NCBI GenBank assembly: GCA_964016885.1
Contig: OZ024743.1
Location: forward strand, 106,888,001-106,952,000
Reading direction: 5' to 3'
DNA: 64,000 nt
From: Eledone cirrhosa
Taxonomy: Eukaryota
In this document: positions 27,680-42,489 of the stretch, piece by piece
How the letters are laid out: every line of letters starts with the position of its first letter
How positions within the stretch are numbered: the first letter of the stretch is position 1
The notes under the pieces: model-generated
The model's database searches: none
What the model was told of the DNA's origin: nothing
What the model saw: the letters and a program-made list of their open reading frames with translations, nothing else
Translations under genes and position numbers: made by a program

Positions 27680-29000
27680 GTGTTTAATGGTAGCTATGGT
27701 GCTTCCATAGGCGGTATGCCAGTTGAGCACTCAATGTTCTTACAGAGCAGGGTGTGAATAATATAAAAAAACGAAAAATCGGTGATGCATCTAGACTCAG
27801 TTAATTGCGTGTTACAATTGTTTCGCCGGCAGATAGCTCGAAACATGATCATTGTATGGATCTGCCTGATTCTACAACTTCAAGTTCTTCGGATACATGC
27901 AATGCTTTCGGAGCAAATTTTCTCACTGGGGTGTTAGCTTCAAAAAACACCTTCAAAAAAACATCTTCCACTCTTGTCTTGCCATTGGCTGTTGTTTTTC
28001 TACGTCATCATAAATTCTGGTCACTATTTGCTGCCATACTGGTCTTCAGCTAGTCTCCGTCCGAAACACTTCAATGGAGTCATGCTGGGTTTGGTATCTC
28101 ACACGTCCGCTCACACTCGCGAGTATATACCCACAGATACACACACACATATACATACACATACACACACACGCCGATAAATACACATATATGCACACAC
28201 ATATATAAGCACACATGTGTAGACAAACACACCCATATACATATACACAAACACACGTTCTCTCTTACACATCCCCAAGCACACCCACACCCATATACAC
28301 ACCAACACACGTCCACTGACGCCTGCATATACTCACAAACACACACGTACACGCATACAAGGACACATATCAGCGTTCGCGTACATCTGCACATATACAC
28401 AAACACGCACAGACATATACATAAACACACACACGCACACATACACGCCTGTCATTATTGATAGGCAACAAGGACAGACACACTTCAAAAGACACAAACG
28501 CACATACACACATACATACAGACATGTATATATATCTACACATATGTATATGTACACGCACATAAACATACACACAAACCCTGTCCTATGTGGGTGTGGG
28601 TGTATGTGTATATGTATTTATATGTGTGTGTATCTCTGGGTATATACTCGCGAGTGTGAACAGACGTGTGAGATACCAAACCAAGCATGACTCCATTGAA
28701 GTGTGTCGGACGGAGAGTAGCTGATGACCATTGCGGCAGCAAATAGTGACCAGAATGTATGATGACATAGAAAAACAACAGCCAATGGCAAGACAAGAGT
28801 GGAATGTATTTTTTTGAAGGTGATTTTTGAAGCTAACACCCCAGTGAGAAAATTTGGACGCATTGCATGTGTCCGAAGAACCAGCAGTTATAGAATCAGG
28901 CATTTCATACAATGATCATGTCTCGAGCTATCTGCCGGCGAAACAATTGTAACGCGCTATAAACTGAGTCTAGATGCATCACTGATTTTTCGTGTTTTTT
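27680..29000. repeat. Inverted pair of ~430-bp family copies B (27680-28150) and C (28620-29000), each with a CCGAAGA hammerhead-like motif
   Basis: Motifs are at 27809-27896(-) and 28868-28956(+). The latter reads tgtgt-CCGAAGA-accagcag...ctgccggc-GAAA-caattg-TA-acgcg. Confidence 0.75.
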
Positions 29001-29011
29001 TTTTTTTTTTC

Positions 29012-29062
<51 letters not shown>

Positions 29063-29212
29063 GTCATATGTAACATATCATAGCGTCTCTTACTCTCTAT
29101 CCTTCTCTGATATATATGCATATGTGTATATAACATATGAATGTATGCATATATATGTATACAAACACAGACACACAGAAACACACAGAAACACCCTCAC
29201 ACACATATACAC

Positions 29213-29281
<69 letters not shown>

Positions 29282-31234
29282 AGCAAATGTGTAAGAGATT
29301 GCATCAGTAGGAAGAAAGAAAAACTAAATATAGTAAATGTCTCACTCAGTTAGATAGAACAGTTTGCACTTGCATTCTCACAAAAATGCTGAGCAATTCG
29401 ATTTGTCATGATATTTTCTGAAGGAAAAGACATGATTAATATCAGAATGCTAACAGAAGAATAGCTATTATCAATCTATTTCATCTCATTTGTCATATAA
29501 CTATTATTAAATGAAATTAAATCATAGCAGATGAGAATAATAGAGGGTGGCAGGGCAAATGAGAAAAGGGTTATATTAACACTGCTACGTATGGATGACA
29601 GGATGAAATTCGATTATATAATACCCAATAATATTTAAGCAAATATGGAATACTTCAAAGTCAATCTACGAATATAATTGATATGATATCTTCCTTTAGA
29701 GTTTCTTTGCCATACAGCTAACAATATCTGTTCAATGTGATTTACAGTTGCCTATTTGTCAATGTAAGGATAACTGGGTAGGAATATAAATAATGATAGA
29801 ATACAAAAATTCTGTTTTGTATAATTTCATTCAAGCTCTTTTATTTAATTTTAATCAACCCTAAATTTTTGATTAGCTGAATTTTAAATATATTTAAAAA
29901 ACAGAGATCTTTATCTTGGTTCATGTTAGTTAAATAAGACGTATGAATTTATGATAAGTGAATTGAGTATTCAAATGAATGAATAGAAATAAAGAGTAAA
30001 TAGAGACACATATTCTGATCTGTTTAATTTCGTTCCCGATAACCTTTCTATGTTCTATTTCAATGGATATTTTAGATTTTATGATTATGCGAAAGCAAAT
30101 ATTATCTTCTTAACAAAGAGTTTATTTATTCAGTGGTACGAACAAAAATAATCGTTGTAATTTAAATAATGTTCTTCTTAAACTTATTGAAAGATAGAAT
30201 GCAAATATGCGTCGAATAACATGAGCCTTTCCCGGATCAAATCGAATTATTTTTAATACTATTTGAGAAATATAAGGACGGTGATTGGCAGAATCTTTAT
30301 AGAATTTGTAGAACATATTTTTCGGCATTCTTTTAGGATCCATATATTCGAAGTTCATATCCCGCCGAGTTTATCTTTACATTTCATCCTTTTGTGGTCG
30401 AGTACCACTGCGGAAGCCGACTCGGTTTAACATCCGGCATTTTACTGGATTTTACTTAAATTAGAAAACATTAGTGTCAGCTTAGTGGATTGCTAGAATT
30501 TGTTGAACCTTAGATAAAATACCATTGTGGTATTTGTTCAGGTTCTTTACATTCTGAGTTCAATTCCCATCTATGTCAACTTTGTCTTTCATCCAGTCTA
30601 GTAATTAGATTGATTTAATCAACGTTAACTTTCTACAAAAATTTTCCGGCCTTGAGCAAAAATTAAAAATTAAAATTGAAATGTAAAATGTGTCTATAGA
30701 AAAAACCGTTATCAACAGAAAGTCTAATTTTACCCTTTACAGTATTTAGTATTTACTCATATTGGTTATTAATTCTTAGTGACTATCATGCAAGTATTGG
30801 CTTAGTATTATGAAAAAATCTACAACAGATATAAAATAGGACTTTCATGCGTTGAACATTTTCCACACGTATCTAATAAAAAAAGATCTCAAAATATTTT
30901 ATTTATTCATAGTATTCAACTTCATAACAGAATAATCTTGTCATTTAACCTCCCTAAATTGTTATATATCACGAATCGTTAAATATCGAGGTGAAATGGC
31001 ATAATATATAGACCTAAGCTACTGACATAACAACACCTTCAATAGACGTTAGTCCCCAATAGACTTATACTCAGTTTATGTGTGTGGTTTTTTTAAATGC
31101 AAGAAAATCTTATATTATTTCAATATCAGTAACATAGGAAAACATTTTTTCTCTAATCAATTATAGATAATAAATTAAGCCAACTATGTTTTACAAAAAT
31201 AAGTTATACAATCATGGAAATCTGAAAAGGAAAG

Positions 31235-31690
31235 CTAAATATTAAATTCAGTAATGGATTGGCTTGTCTGCCTGTGCTCTGCACCTCGGGCCGAAGCGAC
31301 AAAGATGGAGGCGGATAACATGCCACAACATGTGGCGTCACAGATGAAGGATTTACCTCCTTCAATTGAGAAGTGGGTAATTCCGTCTGGATACTTGCCG
31401 TCTCCGCGGTTGAAGCCTGCTGGCTCTAGTTGTGATGGGGAGCCATCTGCGTCCACGCTCCTTCTGAATATGTCGTTAAAAATGAAATTTCGGAGAACCT
31501 TGAGTGCAGGCCAAACTCGTCAACGACAGCCACACACAGGCATTTGTTTGGCTCACACACACGGAGCTTGAGGCGTTGAGCTACTCCGTTGCGAGTCCAC
31601 TCGTCATAAAGAAGGGTGCCGGTTGATGAGGTGGGCACAGAATTGAACCACGCAACGTCGTCTGGATTCGAGTCCGGCGAGGCGCTTGGA
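31235..31690 (-). mobile_element. CRE-clade non-LTR retrotransposon C-terminal (zinc finger/RLE) fragment
   Basis: PTSSTGTLL..RNGVAQRL..VCEPNKCLC...VDEFGLH, then LEPAGFNRGDGKYPDGIT..GKSFICDATC. Confidence 0.75.
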
Positions 31691-33533
31691 TTACAAGATC
31701 TTAATTTATTTATTTTCTCTACTCTTCCTTATTTGCTAGGTCTTTCTGTCTTGCCCCCCCCCCCTCCGCGCCTATCTCTATTGTTCCATCTCTTTATTTC
31801 TCTCTCACTCACTTTTTCTCTCGCTCTTTCTATTCTATTAGACAATACAACACTGTGTTTCTATTTACGTTACGTAAAGTTGCGTTGCATAGTGATTAGT
31901 GTTTTGAACTCGCGAACATAAAGTTGTGGTTTCCAATCCTTGTCCTGGTGGCACGTTTTATTACTGAATAAACTTCTTTATTTCATGCTTCTCCTTCTGT
32001 CATGTATTTTGATCGCCAAATAGCATCAGCAATGGAAAGATTAACCTTTTTTTTTTAACTTTCTTCTGTCAGGAGTTGTTATCGGCATATAACAACAGTA
32101 ATAAAAGAACGAATAATAGCATTGTTTCCTTCGGCCTATCAGAGAATCGACTCTGTTTTTCCTACCAGTATTTCTGACGGACAGTAAGCAGAAAATATCT
32201 AACGCAAACATTGTTTATTTGACAATTGACTACTTCTTTCTATCATGAATTGAGCGACAATGGGTATTAGTAATTGAAATACCGACGGAAACAGTGGCTA
32301 CTTGGTCCTATCTGACAATCGACTTTTTTTTTTATACCAGTAATTTTGACCGAGATTATCAGCAATTGAAACACCGGAAGAAACATAGGTTCCTTGGTCC
32401 TATCTAACGGTCGGCTTCTTTCCTTTCCTTTTCTTTTATGTAACATAAACAGTTAGTGAAAATAATATTTCAGTACAACATAGAGAACGTTTCCACAGCG
32501 GCACTATGTTAAATATGAGTCAAGTGTCTATCATTATTGTATAGAAAAACTAGGAAATTGCTGTTCTCCTTTATAGAAGCATTTTTTTCTCTCTCATCAC
32601 ACCATTCAGCTGACAATAGATCAAGTCATTTCCTGGTCATTACGTGAAAAGAACATTGAACGAGCCACCATCCGGAATGACCAACAGTTCAGCTAATGGG
32701 GAAGTGAGGGTCGTGAAATTTGTGGTTCTCTTTCGACATTTATAAATCAATGTTTAATCTACGCTCTAGCTGAAGCCAACACGCTTTCAAACTGTTATTG
32801 TCTATGTGTCAATGAGAAAAATTAAGGAAGCGTTACCATAACTACTAAACATTAGCAGATCCATTGCGAAACGAATATTATACCAATATAGACATATAAG
32901 ATAAAAATGCAGCTAGCCATAAATATTCATGGCATTAGTTTGATTGGATACTTTATTGATTTATAATATTGCCCTCTTGTTAGTTACAATTGAATTAAAA
33001 GTCTTAATGGCCACCCATAGAAGTATACATTGGGAGAAAGCATCATCATTCATCTATGTATATGTGCATGTAGATGTTGGTGTGTATATGTCATTGTAAA
33101 GTGTCAATTTACTTCAAGTTATTATTGTATGGAGACATGAATAAATGTGCGCATATGTCAGAAAATATTCACACACACATACACGCGCATACGCATACAC
33201 ACATACATACATACAAACATACAAAGATACACACAGATTTACATAATATATGTGTGTATATATGTATGTATTTGTGTGTGTCAGTGTGTGCTGTTAGCGG
33301 ACATTCGTCGATTCCGAATCATATTACTTCAGTTGTTTGATACATGGAACTGCCTGATCATGTAATTAATATAAAGTACCTGTACCCTAAACTTGGGTGG
33401 CGGACTACCTGAATTACAGTCACAACTTATTCTTCTCAGCTTAATGGATACAATCGTCGGGAATTGAAATGACGACCTAATGAATATATGCCCAGCCCGC
33501 TACACACAACGATACATGCATATATATATGTAC

Positions 33534-33569
<36 letters not shown>

Positions 33570-33685
33570 TATTTTCCGTTGTGTTGTAACTGCTATCGAA
33601 AAACCACTCCTTCAACTATTCTTCTAACAACTTCACCCCTCCCTCCTAATATTCTCTATAAAAACTAAATAGGTCCTCAGTAATA

Positions 33686-33802
33686 TTATTCTGATGAAAT
33701 GACAGTAAATAATAACATTGAAATATTGAATGTCTGCATAACTAAAAGTTTGTAGATAGCTGTTTTAGGTTATGTAACTGTTATAGAAACACGTGTCAAT
33801 AA
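33686..33802 (+). ncRNA. Hammerhead ribozyme, second copy of the 1269-1389 family (solo pLTR about 33570-33840)
   Basis: ttatt-CTGATGA-aatgacagt...actgttata-GAAA-cacgtg-TC-aataa. Confidence 0.8.
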
Positions 33803-33858
33803 ATTCCTTTCAACTAAACTGTATCCATTCAAATCTTTCTATATATATATATATATAT

Positions 33859-33934
<76 letters not shown>

Positions 33935-36777
33935 AAAATTCCAACCGCAGCACCAAGCGTTTTCCGCCTGTGTGTTCAGCAACCCTACTTAAAATGTGGA
34001 TATATGTGTAGGGTGTGAAAAATTGGTCACTGATCTTGGTAGCGATTTGGTTAGGTTTATCGTAGTAGTAAACAGGTCTGATGGAGAGAGTCTGGGGGGG
34101 GGGGTCAAACAGAGGTAAATATATTTGGACACGCAAATGGTCAGAGGAAGGAAGTACTCTAGTTGGGGATAAAGGTGGTTAAAGGGTAGGAGAGGAATAG
34201 TAGTAGGGGCATAATATATGTGCTTGTGTGTCTGTTTAAGAGTGTGTTTTGATGTGTATAAATATCTGCCTGTATAGTACTATATATTGAAAGTTAATGA
34301 AAGCATAACAAAGCAGAAGAATCATATGCGGATAGGTGAATGATTGCTGAATACTTGTCTGTGTTCATTGAAACACTGATAGTATTACCTCAGAATAAAT
34401 GACCTTAGTCTGCATGCTGGTCAACAGACATCTCTCATAATTCGAAAATATTTTGACCTTGAGCTCTGTAGAAATATTCACACGAGATTCTTGAATATTT
34501 AAGAACTTGTAACTTAATGAAGTCGAAATAAACTGGAGCTTCTATGAATGATATATTGAGCCTGACAAAATACATTTAGTTTTCGAATATCTTATATGAA
34601 GCTATCATATGATATATCAAAATCTGTATATCTTAAATAGAAAAAATACAATTGCTGTGTCTTGTGGCGATACAAAGCATAATCATTAAAAAAAATGAAA
34701 CACCTGCAATATTGAAGTGATTTAATAATTTGACATAACGTTGACACCTCATGTGTATGAAATAAACGGGAATATCTTGATAGAATATTTCACAGTGTCG
34801 TTTTATGATGGAATTCTTCACAGACATCAGGAGCATCATTCATCATTTTTAATATCCTGGCAAATAAAAATCAGTCACGCACAGGATTCAATTGAATACA
34901 CAACACTCTTCTGCAAACTATGTTGCCCTGTGCAATTGTTAGTAACAAATAATCAGAAACCACTATTGATATTATGAGCTTATAAAGTGTGTCGAGTTAA
35001 ATACATTGCTAGATCGTAGGTATTTTCTGTAGCTCATAGCAATCTGAGTTCATAACACGCCGAGTTCAACTTTAATTTTCATCTTTCTGGTGTGGATAAA
35101 TTAAAGTAAAAGTCAAATACTAAAGTTTGTTTTATAGAAGTTTGCATTTATACAAATTGTTGCTAGTCATGTGCTTAGATTAGAAATAACAGTTATAGGC
35201 TAATAACGGCTGGTGGATAACTAAAATTGATACAGCGTCTGTAACAATGACATCGCTGCATTTATTTTGACTCTTTCCGTTTTAAATTAATATCCCGCCA
35301 AAGTCAAATTTACTGTTCATCTTTACAGATTCGTTAAAATACTGTAGATGAGTACTATGCTAATACAATCACATTCGCCCTTGTACCTCAATTAGAAATC
35401 AATATTATGCTTTGAAATGTCGGAAACGCTAAGGTTCACAACTAAATTCTTAAGAATTTCAGCTGCATATCGTTAGATTTTGAGATCAAATCCATTGCTA
35501 TCTTCTGCAATCCGTAACAAACTATTAATAAGTTTTATTCAAAATTAACTGAGTTAAAGTGTTACTAAATATACATTTATTGACAAACAATTACATAGAG
35601 TAAAATATTTACACATATGTTTTTTGATTATTTTCTTATGTGAAAAATAAGACGTTTATTCAATGTAACGTCTATTCTGTTCATGCTTTGTTGGTAGTTA
35701 CCAATTCATTGTTTTAATTATGTGGATTGGCTGGATCTTCATAAACATTGGACAACATGATTTGTTCCGGCTCTTGACGATTTACATGCAAATCCAACTA
35801 AACACAGTTTTGCATTTCATCTTTCAGGGGTTGATAAAATGAAGTACCATTCAAGAACTGGGCTCGATTTAATCGACTTTTAACCCGTCCAAACAAAAGT
35901 CCACTGGTATTGGGGCAAAACATAAAAACCATAAATTTGTCCTGCTTGTATTTTGCAATTGATCTCAATATAGAGTGAATATTCTGAAGGTGCTTGGATC
36001 ATTGGACAGTACATTTAGCACATGGTCGTATTGTGGTTCAAATCACGCTTGTGGGTTCTTTTCTTCTGCAAGGCGATTTCCTTCACGTTGTTTTTGTCAA
36101 CACAGTCGGCAAAAACACAGAACGTGTTAGATAAATAGCCAAACGTGTCACACTTTGAATCACAGAGAATCTCTCAGAGAATACCGTAACGAATACACGT
36201 GTCTATAGAATGCTCAGTCACCTGTGCGTTAATTTCAGGAACAGAATATCCCATTAGCCAATCAAATGAAATCCTCGATGTAGGAAACGATAATGTCGAA
36301 CGACAATTGCAATAATACAGTCTGTCTAATTTTCTATTCTATACTCTGACCGTCTTCATGAAAATTTTCGATTACATTTTTCTTCACAAGTTTGCTGTTT
36401 GCGGTGGCAAATTTGCAGGGTCTTTAGAACGTCGGACGGAGTGGTTTGCGGTATTCGTTTCGGCTGTCTGATAGTTTTACCGGCAAACTTTAGACTCGAA
36501 TGGGAGTCGCTGTCGCGTGACAGCTGATCGAACGATGAGAGACGTATCGCCTTCAATGTTTTTAAACTCTTGAAATAGTGAAAAATTAAGTAAATAACGT
36601 TTATATATCTGGACCAAAGCTCGAAATATTGTGTTGCCTTTTCTGTTGACAACGTATAGCGTCCTATTAACAGATTCTAGTCAACATATTTTTTTAAAAT
36701 CACACTTTCAACAACTAAAACAACAAACCTTTTGGAATTGACAATGAGAGCTTTTCAAAGACAGTCGCCAATAATAA

Positions 36778-37383
36778 TAATTGTTTCTACTTTTGGCACA
36801 AGGCCAGCAAATACACAGTACAATACTGGTACGTTATTTTATCGACCTCGTAAGGATGAAAGGCAAAGTTAAACTTGGCGCGATTTGATTTCAGAATGGC
36901 AAGGGGCGTAACTCTATGCGCCAAAGCATAGTGTCCGACCCTGTACCGATACTGCCAATCCACCGATAATAATAATGTTTTCTGATTTTAGGCACAAGGC
37001 CAAAAATGTTGCGGGGAGGGGAAAGTCAATCAAATCGACCCCAATACATCACTGGTGCTTTTTGTATTGACACCGTAAGGATGAAAGGCAAAGCTCATCT
37101 TGGTGGGATTTGAATTCAGAACGTAAAGGGCCCTAACTCTATGTCACAAAGCAAGGTGTCCGATGCTGACGTTACACCGAATGATAATACCAATAATTGT
37201 TTCTAATTTTGGCACAAGGCCAGCAATTACCCAGAGCATTACTGGTACTTTATTTTATCGACCCCGTAAGGATTAAAAGCAAAGTTAACCTCGGCGGGAT
37301 TTGAACTCAGAATGGCAAGGGCCTTAACTCTATACGTCAAAGCATGGCATCCGACCCTCTACCGATACTGCCAATCCACCGCC
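36778..37383 (-). mobile_element. Three head-to-tail CORE-type SINE copies
   Basis: Copies at about 36778-36965, 36976-37178 and 37195-37383, each with ggcacaaggcc...aaaggcaaag...gatttgaa.tcaga, separated by short aat-rich spacers. Confidence 0.88.
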
Positions 37384-37489
37384 CTGATAATACCAATAAT
37401 GCTAGTAGAAATCATAGTAGGAATATATATCCTATTGTCATCTTTTCACCATGATATATATCTTTCTCTCTCTCCCTCCACCCTCTCTT

Positions 37490-37554
<65 letters not shown>

Positions 37555-37985
37555 CGTAAAATAAGAAAATATCTTTAAAAAAAATTTTTTACAAAATTTT
37601 TTACTTACTTACTTAAATTTTCACTCCAACTAATTAGTTTCTGCAATGGGATAAATGGACGTGCATCTGTGCGCTTATGTTAGTTGATATATTAAATTAT
37701 CTATATTTATCTCCAAATCACTGATTTGTCGAGCAAACCTGCCAAAACCACTTCAACATTTTTTTTGGGGTGTTAGTAGGCGTCAGTCATCTTACCATCC
37801 CATTCCTTCTAACTAGCCTCTGTGTCACGTGATTGATTCTTTAGAATCGGCCATTTGACTAGAAGCAGTGAGAATTTCAGTACATGGAATCCAGTCCTCG
37901 CCAGCTGTTCTATCTACCGAATTATTATTATTTTTATATGAGCCGCCAGTGTCCGCGCATTGCCTGGAGACTTAGCTGAGAATAG

Positions 37986-38067
37986 ACTCCCTGATGACGC
38001 AATGAATTCTCGACAGTTGGATTACGTAACTGTCTTTATCCCATTGCAGAAACTAATTAGTTGGAGT
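37986..38067 (+). ncRNA. Type I hammerhead ribozyme, canonical core (unit 1)
   Basis: actcc-CTGATGA-cgcaatg...cattgca-GAAA-ctaattag-TT-ggagt. There is an inner hairpin gacagtt/aactgtc, and stem III is the palindrome ACTAATTAGT. Confidence 0.88.
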
Positions 38068-38541
38068 AAAAATTTAAGTAAGTAAGTAAAAAAAATTTTT
38101 TTAAATTTTTTTAAAAGATATTTTCTTATTTTACGTCTTTTATATTATTGTTCTGCATCCTCCTGCATTGAACCACCTAGGTACTATGACATAACCTGTG
38201 TATTTGCTGGCATGGACGTGTATCTGTGCGCTTATGTTAGTTGATATATTAAATTATCTATATTTATCTCCAAATCACTGATTTGTCGAGCAAACCTGCC
38301 AAAACCACTTCAAAATTTTGTTGGGGTGTTAGTAGGCGTCAGTCATCTTACCATCCCATTCCTTCTAACTAGCCTCTGTGTCACGTGATTGATTCTTTAG
38401 AATCGGCCATTTGACTAGAAGCAGTGAGAATTTCAGTACATGGAATCCAGTCCTCGCCAGCTGTTCTATCTACCGAATTATTATTATTTTTATATGAGCC
38501 GCCAGTGTCCGCGCATTGCCTGGAGACTTAGCTGAGAATAG

Positions 38542-38623
38542 ACTCCCTGATGACGCAATGAATTCTCGACAGTTGGATTACGTAACTGTCTTTATCCCAT
38601 TGCAGAAACTAATTAGTTGGAGT
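38542..38623 (+). ncRNA. Type I hammerhead ribozyme, canonical core (unit 2)
   Basis: Same motif as 37986-38067, shifted by 556. Confidence 0.88.
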
Positions 38624-39137
38624 GAAAATTTAAGTAAGTAAGTAAAAAATTTTTTTTTAAATTTTTTTAAAATATATTTTCTTATTTTACGTCTTTTATA
38701 TTATTGTTCTGCATCCTCCTGCATTGAACCACCTAGGTACTATGACATAACCTGTGTATTTGCTGGCATGGACGTGCATCTGTGCGCTTATGTTAGTTGA
38801 TATATTAAATTATCTATCTATATATATATATATATATATATATCATCCACTGAAAAATTATAGGAGCCCACTTGAATACATATCTATTGATGGTATACAA
38901 GCTCCTACATAAATTGGTATAATTTCACCCAAATTGTAGGAATCCTATAATGAAACGAGACGTCCGTCTGGGAGGAGATATATTCGATATGTCTCATATG
39001 AAATAATACAGCCAATTTTCCACGCAATAGTTAGCACCCCGAACGCTTAATTAGGAATATAATCACTTATTTCCTAATGTTTATTGAGTGAGTTGGAATT
39101 TGGCCGGAGTATCGCTAAAAAGCTTTCTCCGATATTG

Positions 39138-39181
<44 letters not shown>

Positions 39182-39574
39182 CAATTTGAAAATCTCACTT
39201 TGTGTTTGTGGCAGAGGAAGATATATACATATATATATATATACATAAATATATATATATTCCTCTGTCACAAACACAAAGTGAGATTTTCAAATTGTAA
39301 ATTGTATTTTTTTCCCGTCTCAACGTATTTTACGGTTCCCGACACCTTGAACACACACACACATACACCCACACAGTCTCACACACACACACACACATAC
39401 ACTCACACACACACTTACACACTCACACACACACACTCACACACTCACACACATACACACACATACACACACACATACATACATACATAGATGCATATAT
39501 ATACCCATCCCACTCCCCACCCTCTCCTACCACTTGTAGAGACCTATAAATACCATTTTTATTTTTTGATACCC

Positions 39575-39625
39575 AGATTCCTGATGATTTCTAATGAATG
39601 AAACAGTTCTAGTCCTGTAGAATCT
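39575..39625 (+). ncRNA. Type I hammerhead ribozyme, canonical core, monomeric stem III
   Basis: agattc-CTGATGA-tttc(taat)gaat-GAAA-cag(ttctagtc)ctg-TA-gaatct. Confidence 0.8.
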
Positions 39626-39627
39626 CA

Positions 39628-39687
<60 letters not shown>

Positions 39688-40291
39688 CAATTTAGTAGTG
39701 AAGAATATTTGGTTATTAGTGAAAGATGAAGGCTCACGAACGTAAGCGTGCCGGTGGCATATAATGTCCTTGAGCAAGACATTTTATTTCACGTTGCTCC
39801 AATTCACATAGCTGGCCAAAAATGAGTACGTTTATATGTTTACATATGTAGATATTTTCTCAGATGAAAAAATTATTGTATTTCAGAATCAATTTTCCAT
39901 GAATTTATATAGCAACGACATTACGTATGCTTTCCCACACCACCATACATATTAATATCTTCCTTTCTTCTTCTCATACTTTCTCTCACACACTCTCTTT
40001 CTCCCTCTCTTCCCCCTCTCTCTCTCTCTCACTCTCTCTCTCACTCTCTCTCAATGTCTATCTATCTAACTATCTATATATCTTACTTTCTGTGTTTATA
40101 TTATATTGTATCAATATGTGTGTATGTGTACATAAGTGACAGCGCATGCTTGTGTCGATTCTGTCACCGTAGGATGTAAGTTTTCTCTATACCAAACAGA
40201 GAAATGTGTTTCAATTCATATTAGAATGTATTTTCATATACAAAACATTATTCATATAGAAAATGCATTTGTTAAGACGTACATATATATC

Positions 40292-40346
<55 letters not shown>

Positions 40347-40362
40347 ACACACGCGCGCACGC

Positions 40363-40420
<58 letters not shown>

Positions 40421-40468
40421 TATTGTATATATATATAAATATATACACGCGCACGCACACACACACAC

Positions 40469-40578
<110 letters not shown>

Positions 40579-42489
40579 TATATATGTTGTATATATATGT
40601 TGTATATATATGTTGTATATATATATATATGTTGTATATGAGTGTATGTTTCTATGTTGCTGTGTGTATTTCGGTAAGTATCCCGCGGTGTTTCGGATAA
40701 GTGAACTGCAATAATTCGCTGAATGTGAAGGAGAAAATTATCAGTTTGGAAATAATGTCACAGAAGGTACCGTTCCCATTAGTTGCTCGCAGGCTACATT
40801 CTCATGACGTAATTGCAGAAATCAAGCATTCTTGAAAAGCCCTTGCACGTTTTAGTAAATTAAGGAGAACCTTGCCACTACCTCATATATTCTGAAAATA
40901 TCTTCCGATTCTTATCTTTCTGATACGATTAGTCACTTTTGAATAACACTGCAAGATTCTAAAGAAAATATGAATCTTCTCTTTCGTAATATTCATCTAT
41001 GGGTAAGAGATTTCCTGTTGGCATTCAATTTTACAATCCGGCTTCCATAGAGAACACTAATAATATGGAATGTAATGGATCTCCATCGGTTCCGACGATC
41101 AGTATCCCACTTGTTCAATCAACGGAACAGCTTGTTTCTGAAATTATCATGCAAGTGCCACAGGCACCTGTAATCATTATGTAAAACTCAGGGAGATTCA
41201 GCTGGATACAGTTCAATGACCCATTGAATTACCGTCATTATCTATCCGATAGACTTTCCAAACCAAATTCACTCATATGGCTTCAGTCGATCCGAAGCTA
41301 TAGGAAATTCGACTTGCCAAAGACCCCACAAGTAGGACCGAACCCAACCAGCGTAACAAACTGAACTGTTTAATCCCATACTACGTTCACTGTCTGAAGT
41401 TAAAATTATTTCTCACCTTATTAAAAGTTCAGCTATTCTGGGGTGGGGAAACTCGCTTATATCGTGTCCATAACTGATTGGTACATTATTTTATCGACAT
41501 CAACCAGATGAAATGTAAATTTGACCTCGGTGAATTATGGACGTAAAGAGCCAGGAACTCTGAGGCTCCAAACACTCTGCCCACAAACCACCATCAAATT
41601 GTGAATTAACGAAAATTTTGTAGGTCAAATAAATAATTTATATATATGTTGTTATAGAGATATGAGGTCAACTTATTAGTATTTGCTTGATAGTGTTATG
41701 TTATGTATTAAGTTGCCCTCAGACCGTTACTGCTACTTTATTTCATCGACCCTATAAAAATGAAAGGCAAGGCGGGATTTGAACTCAGTCCATTTTCGTT
41801 CTGAATTCAACTCCCGCAAAGGTTAACTTTTCTTTTTATCCTTAGGCGGTCCAAAAGATAAAGTACCAGTCACGCATTGAGATCGATGTAATCGACTTTC
41901 CTTCTCCCCCAAAAGGGTTGGCGTTTTACCTCATTCAGAAACATTATGTATTTTATTACAGACAAATCATTCATTTATTTATGACTTTCGAAAAACTCAT
42001 CAACTTTACATCGTTTTCTGAAATATCCGACATTAATTAAAATATCGTGTGGGGAATAATTATAATACTATATATTTGCAAATTTCCCTTAATTCTTTTA
42101 TGTAAATATCTTATGAAAATACATGTTATTTAATCTGATCTGTAATATAAAATCACTGTGTTTTATTGAATATGAAGAATTATTTTCCTACTTTTGACGG
42201 AAGATAAAATATAACAGCAGAGGTCTTTGCAATATGTACAATACAATCCGGTAACGTGATGCATTTTGTTGCAAATTCATCTTGCTTGTATATGAATGAA
42301 ATGTGAATATGTAAAATTTATAAATTGTTTTACAGTTAGTAGATGTAACTCCTGGCGGTGCAAAGAAATCTTGAGCAAGACACTATATGTCACGTTTCCC
42401 GAATCCACTAAACTGGGTAACAATGAGTTGCACGTGGAATTCTAAAGGCCCCTCTTATGCAACATACCAGGCTGAATCTCCATTGGGGA

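Larger units (their letters stand above)
37545..38816 (+). repeat. 556/557-bp tandem array (2 units plus partial) with 5' inverted partial copy; pLTR/retrozyme-like
   Basis: Units start at 37656, 38213 and 38769. 37545-37655 is the reverse complement of about 38035-38143. (TA)n lies on both sides. Confidence 0.92.

Noticed and set aside
32110-32425. Three or four degenerate ~100-bp repeats (ggtcctatct..aatcgact..taccagta)
   Set aside because: Too diverged to assign, and probably an old tandem duplication.
40760-41190. Possible hAT transposase remnant (VGTDG on the minus strand)
   Set aside because: A single short motif with no open frame. It needs a translated search to support it.
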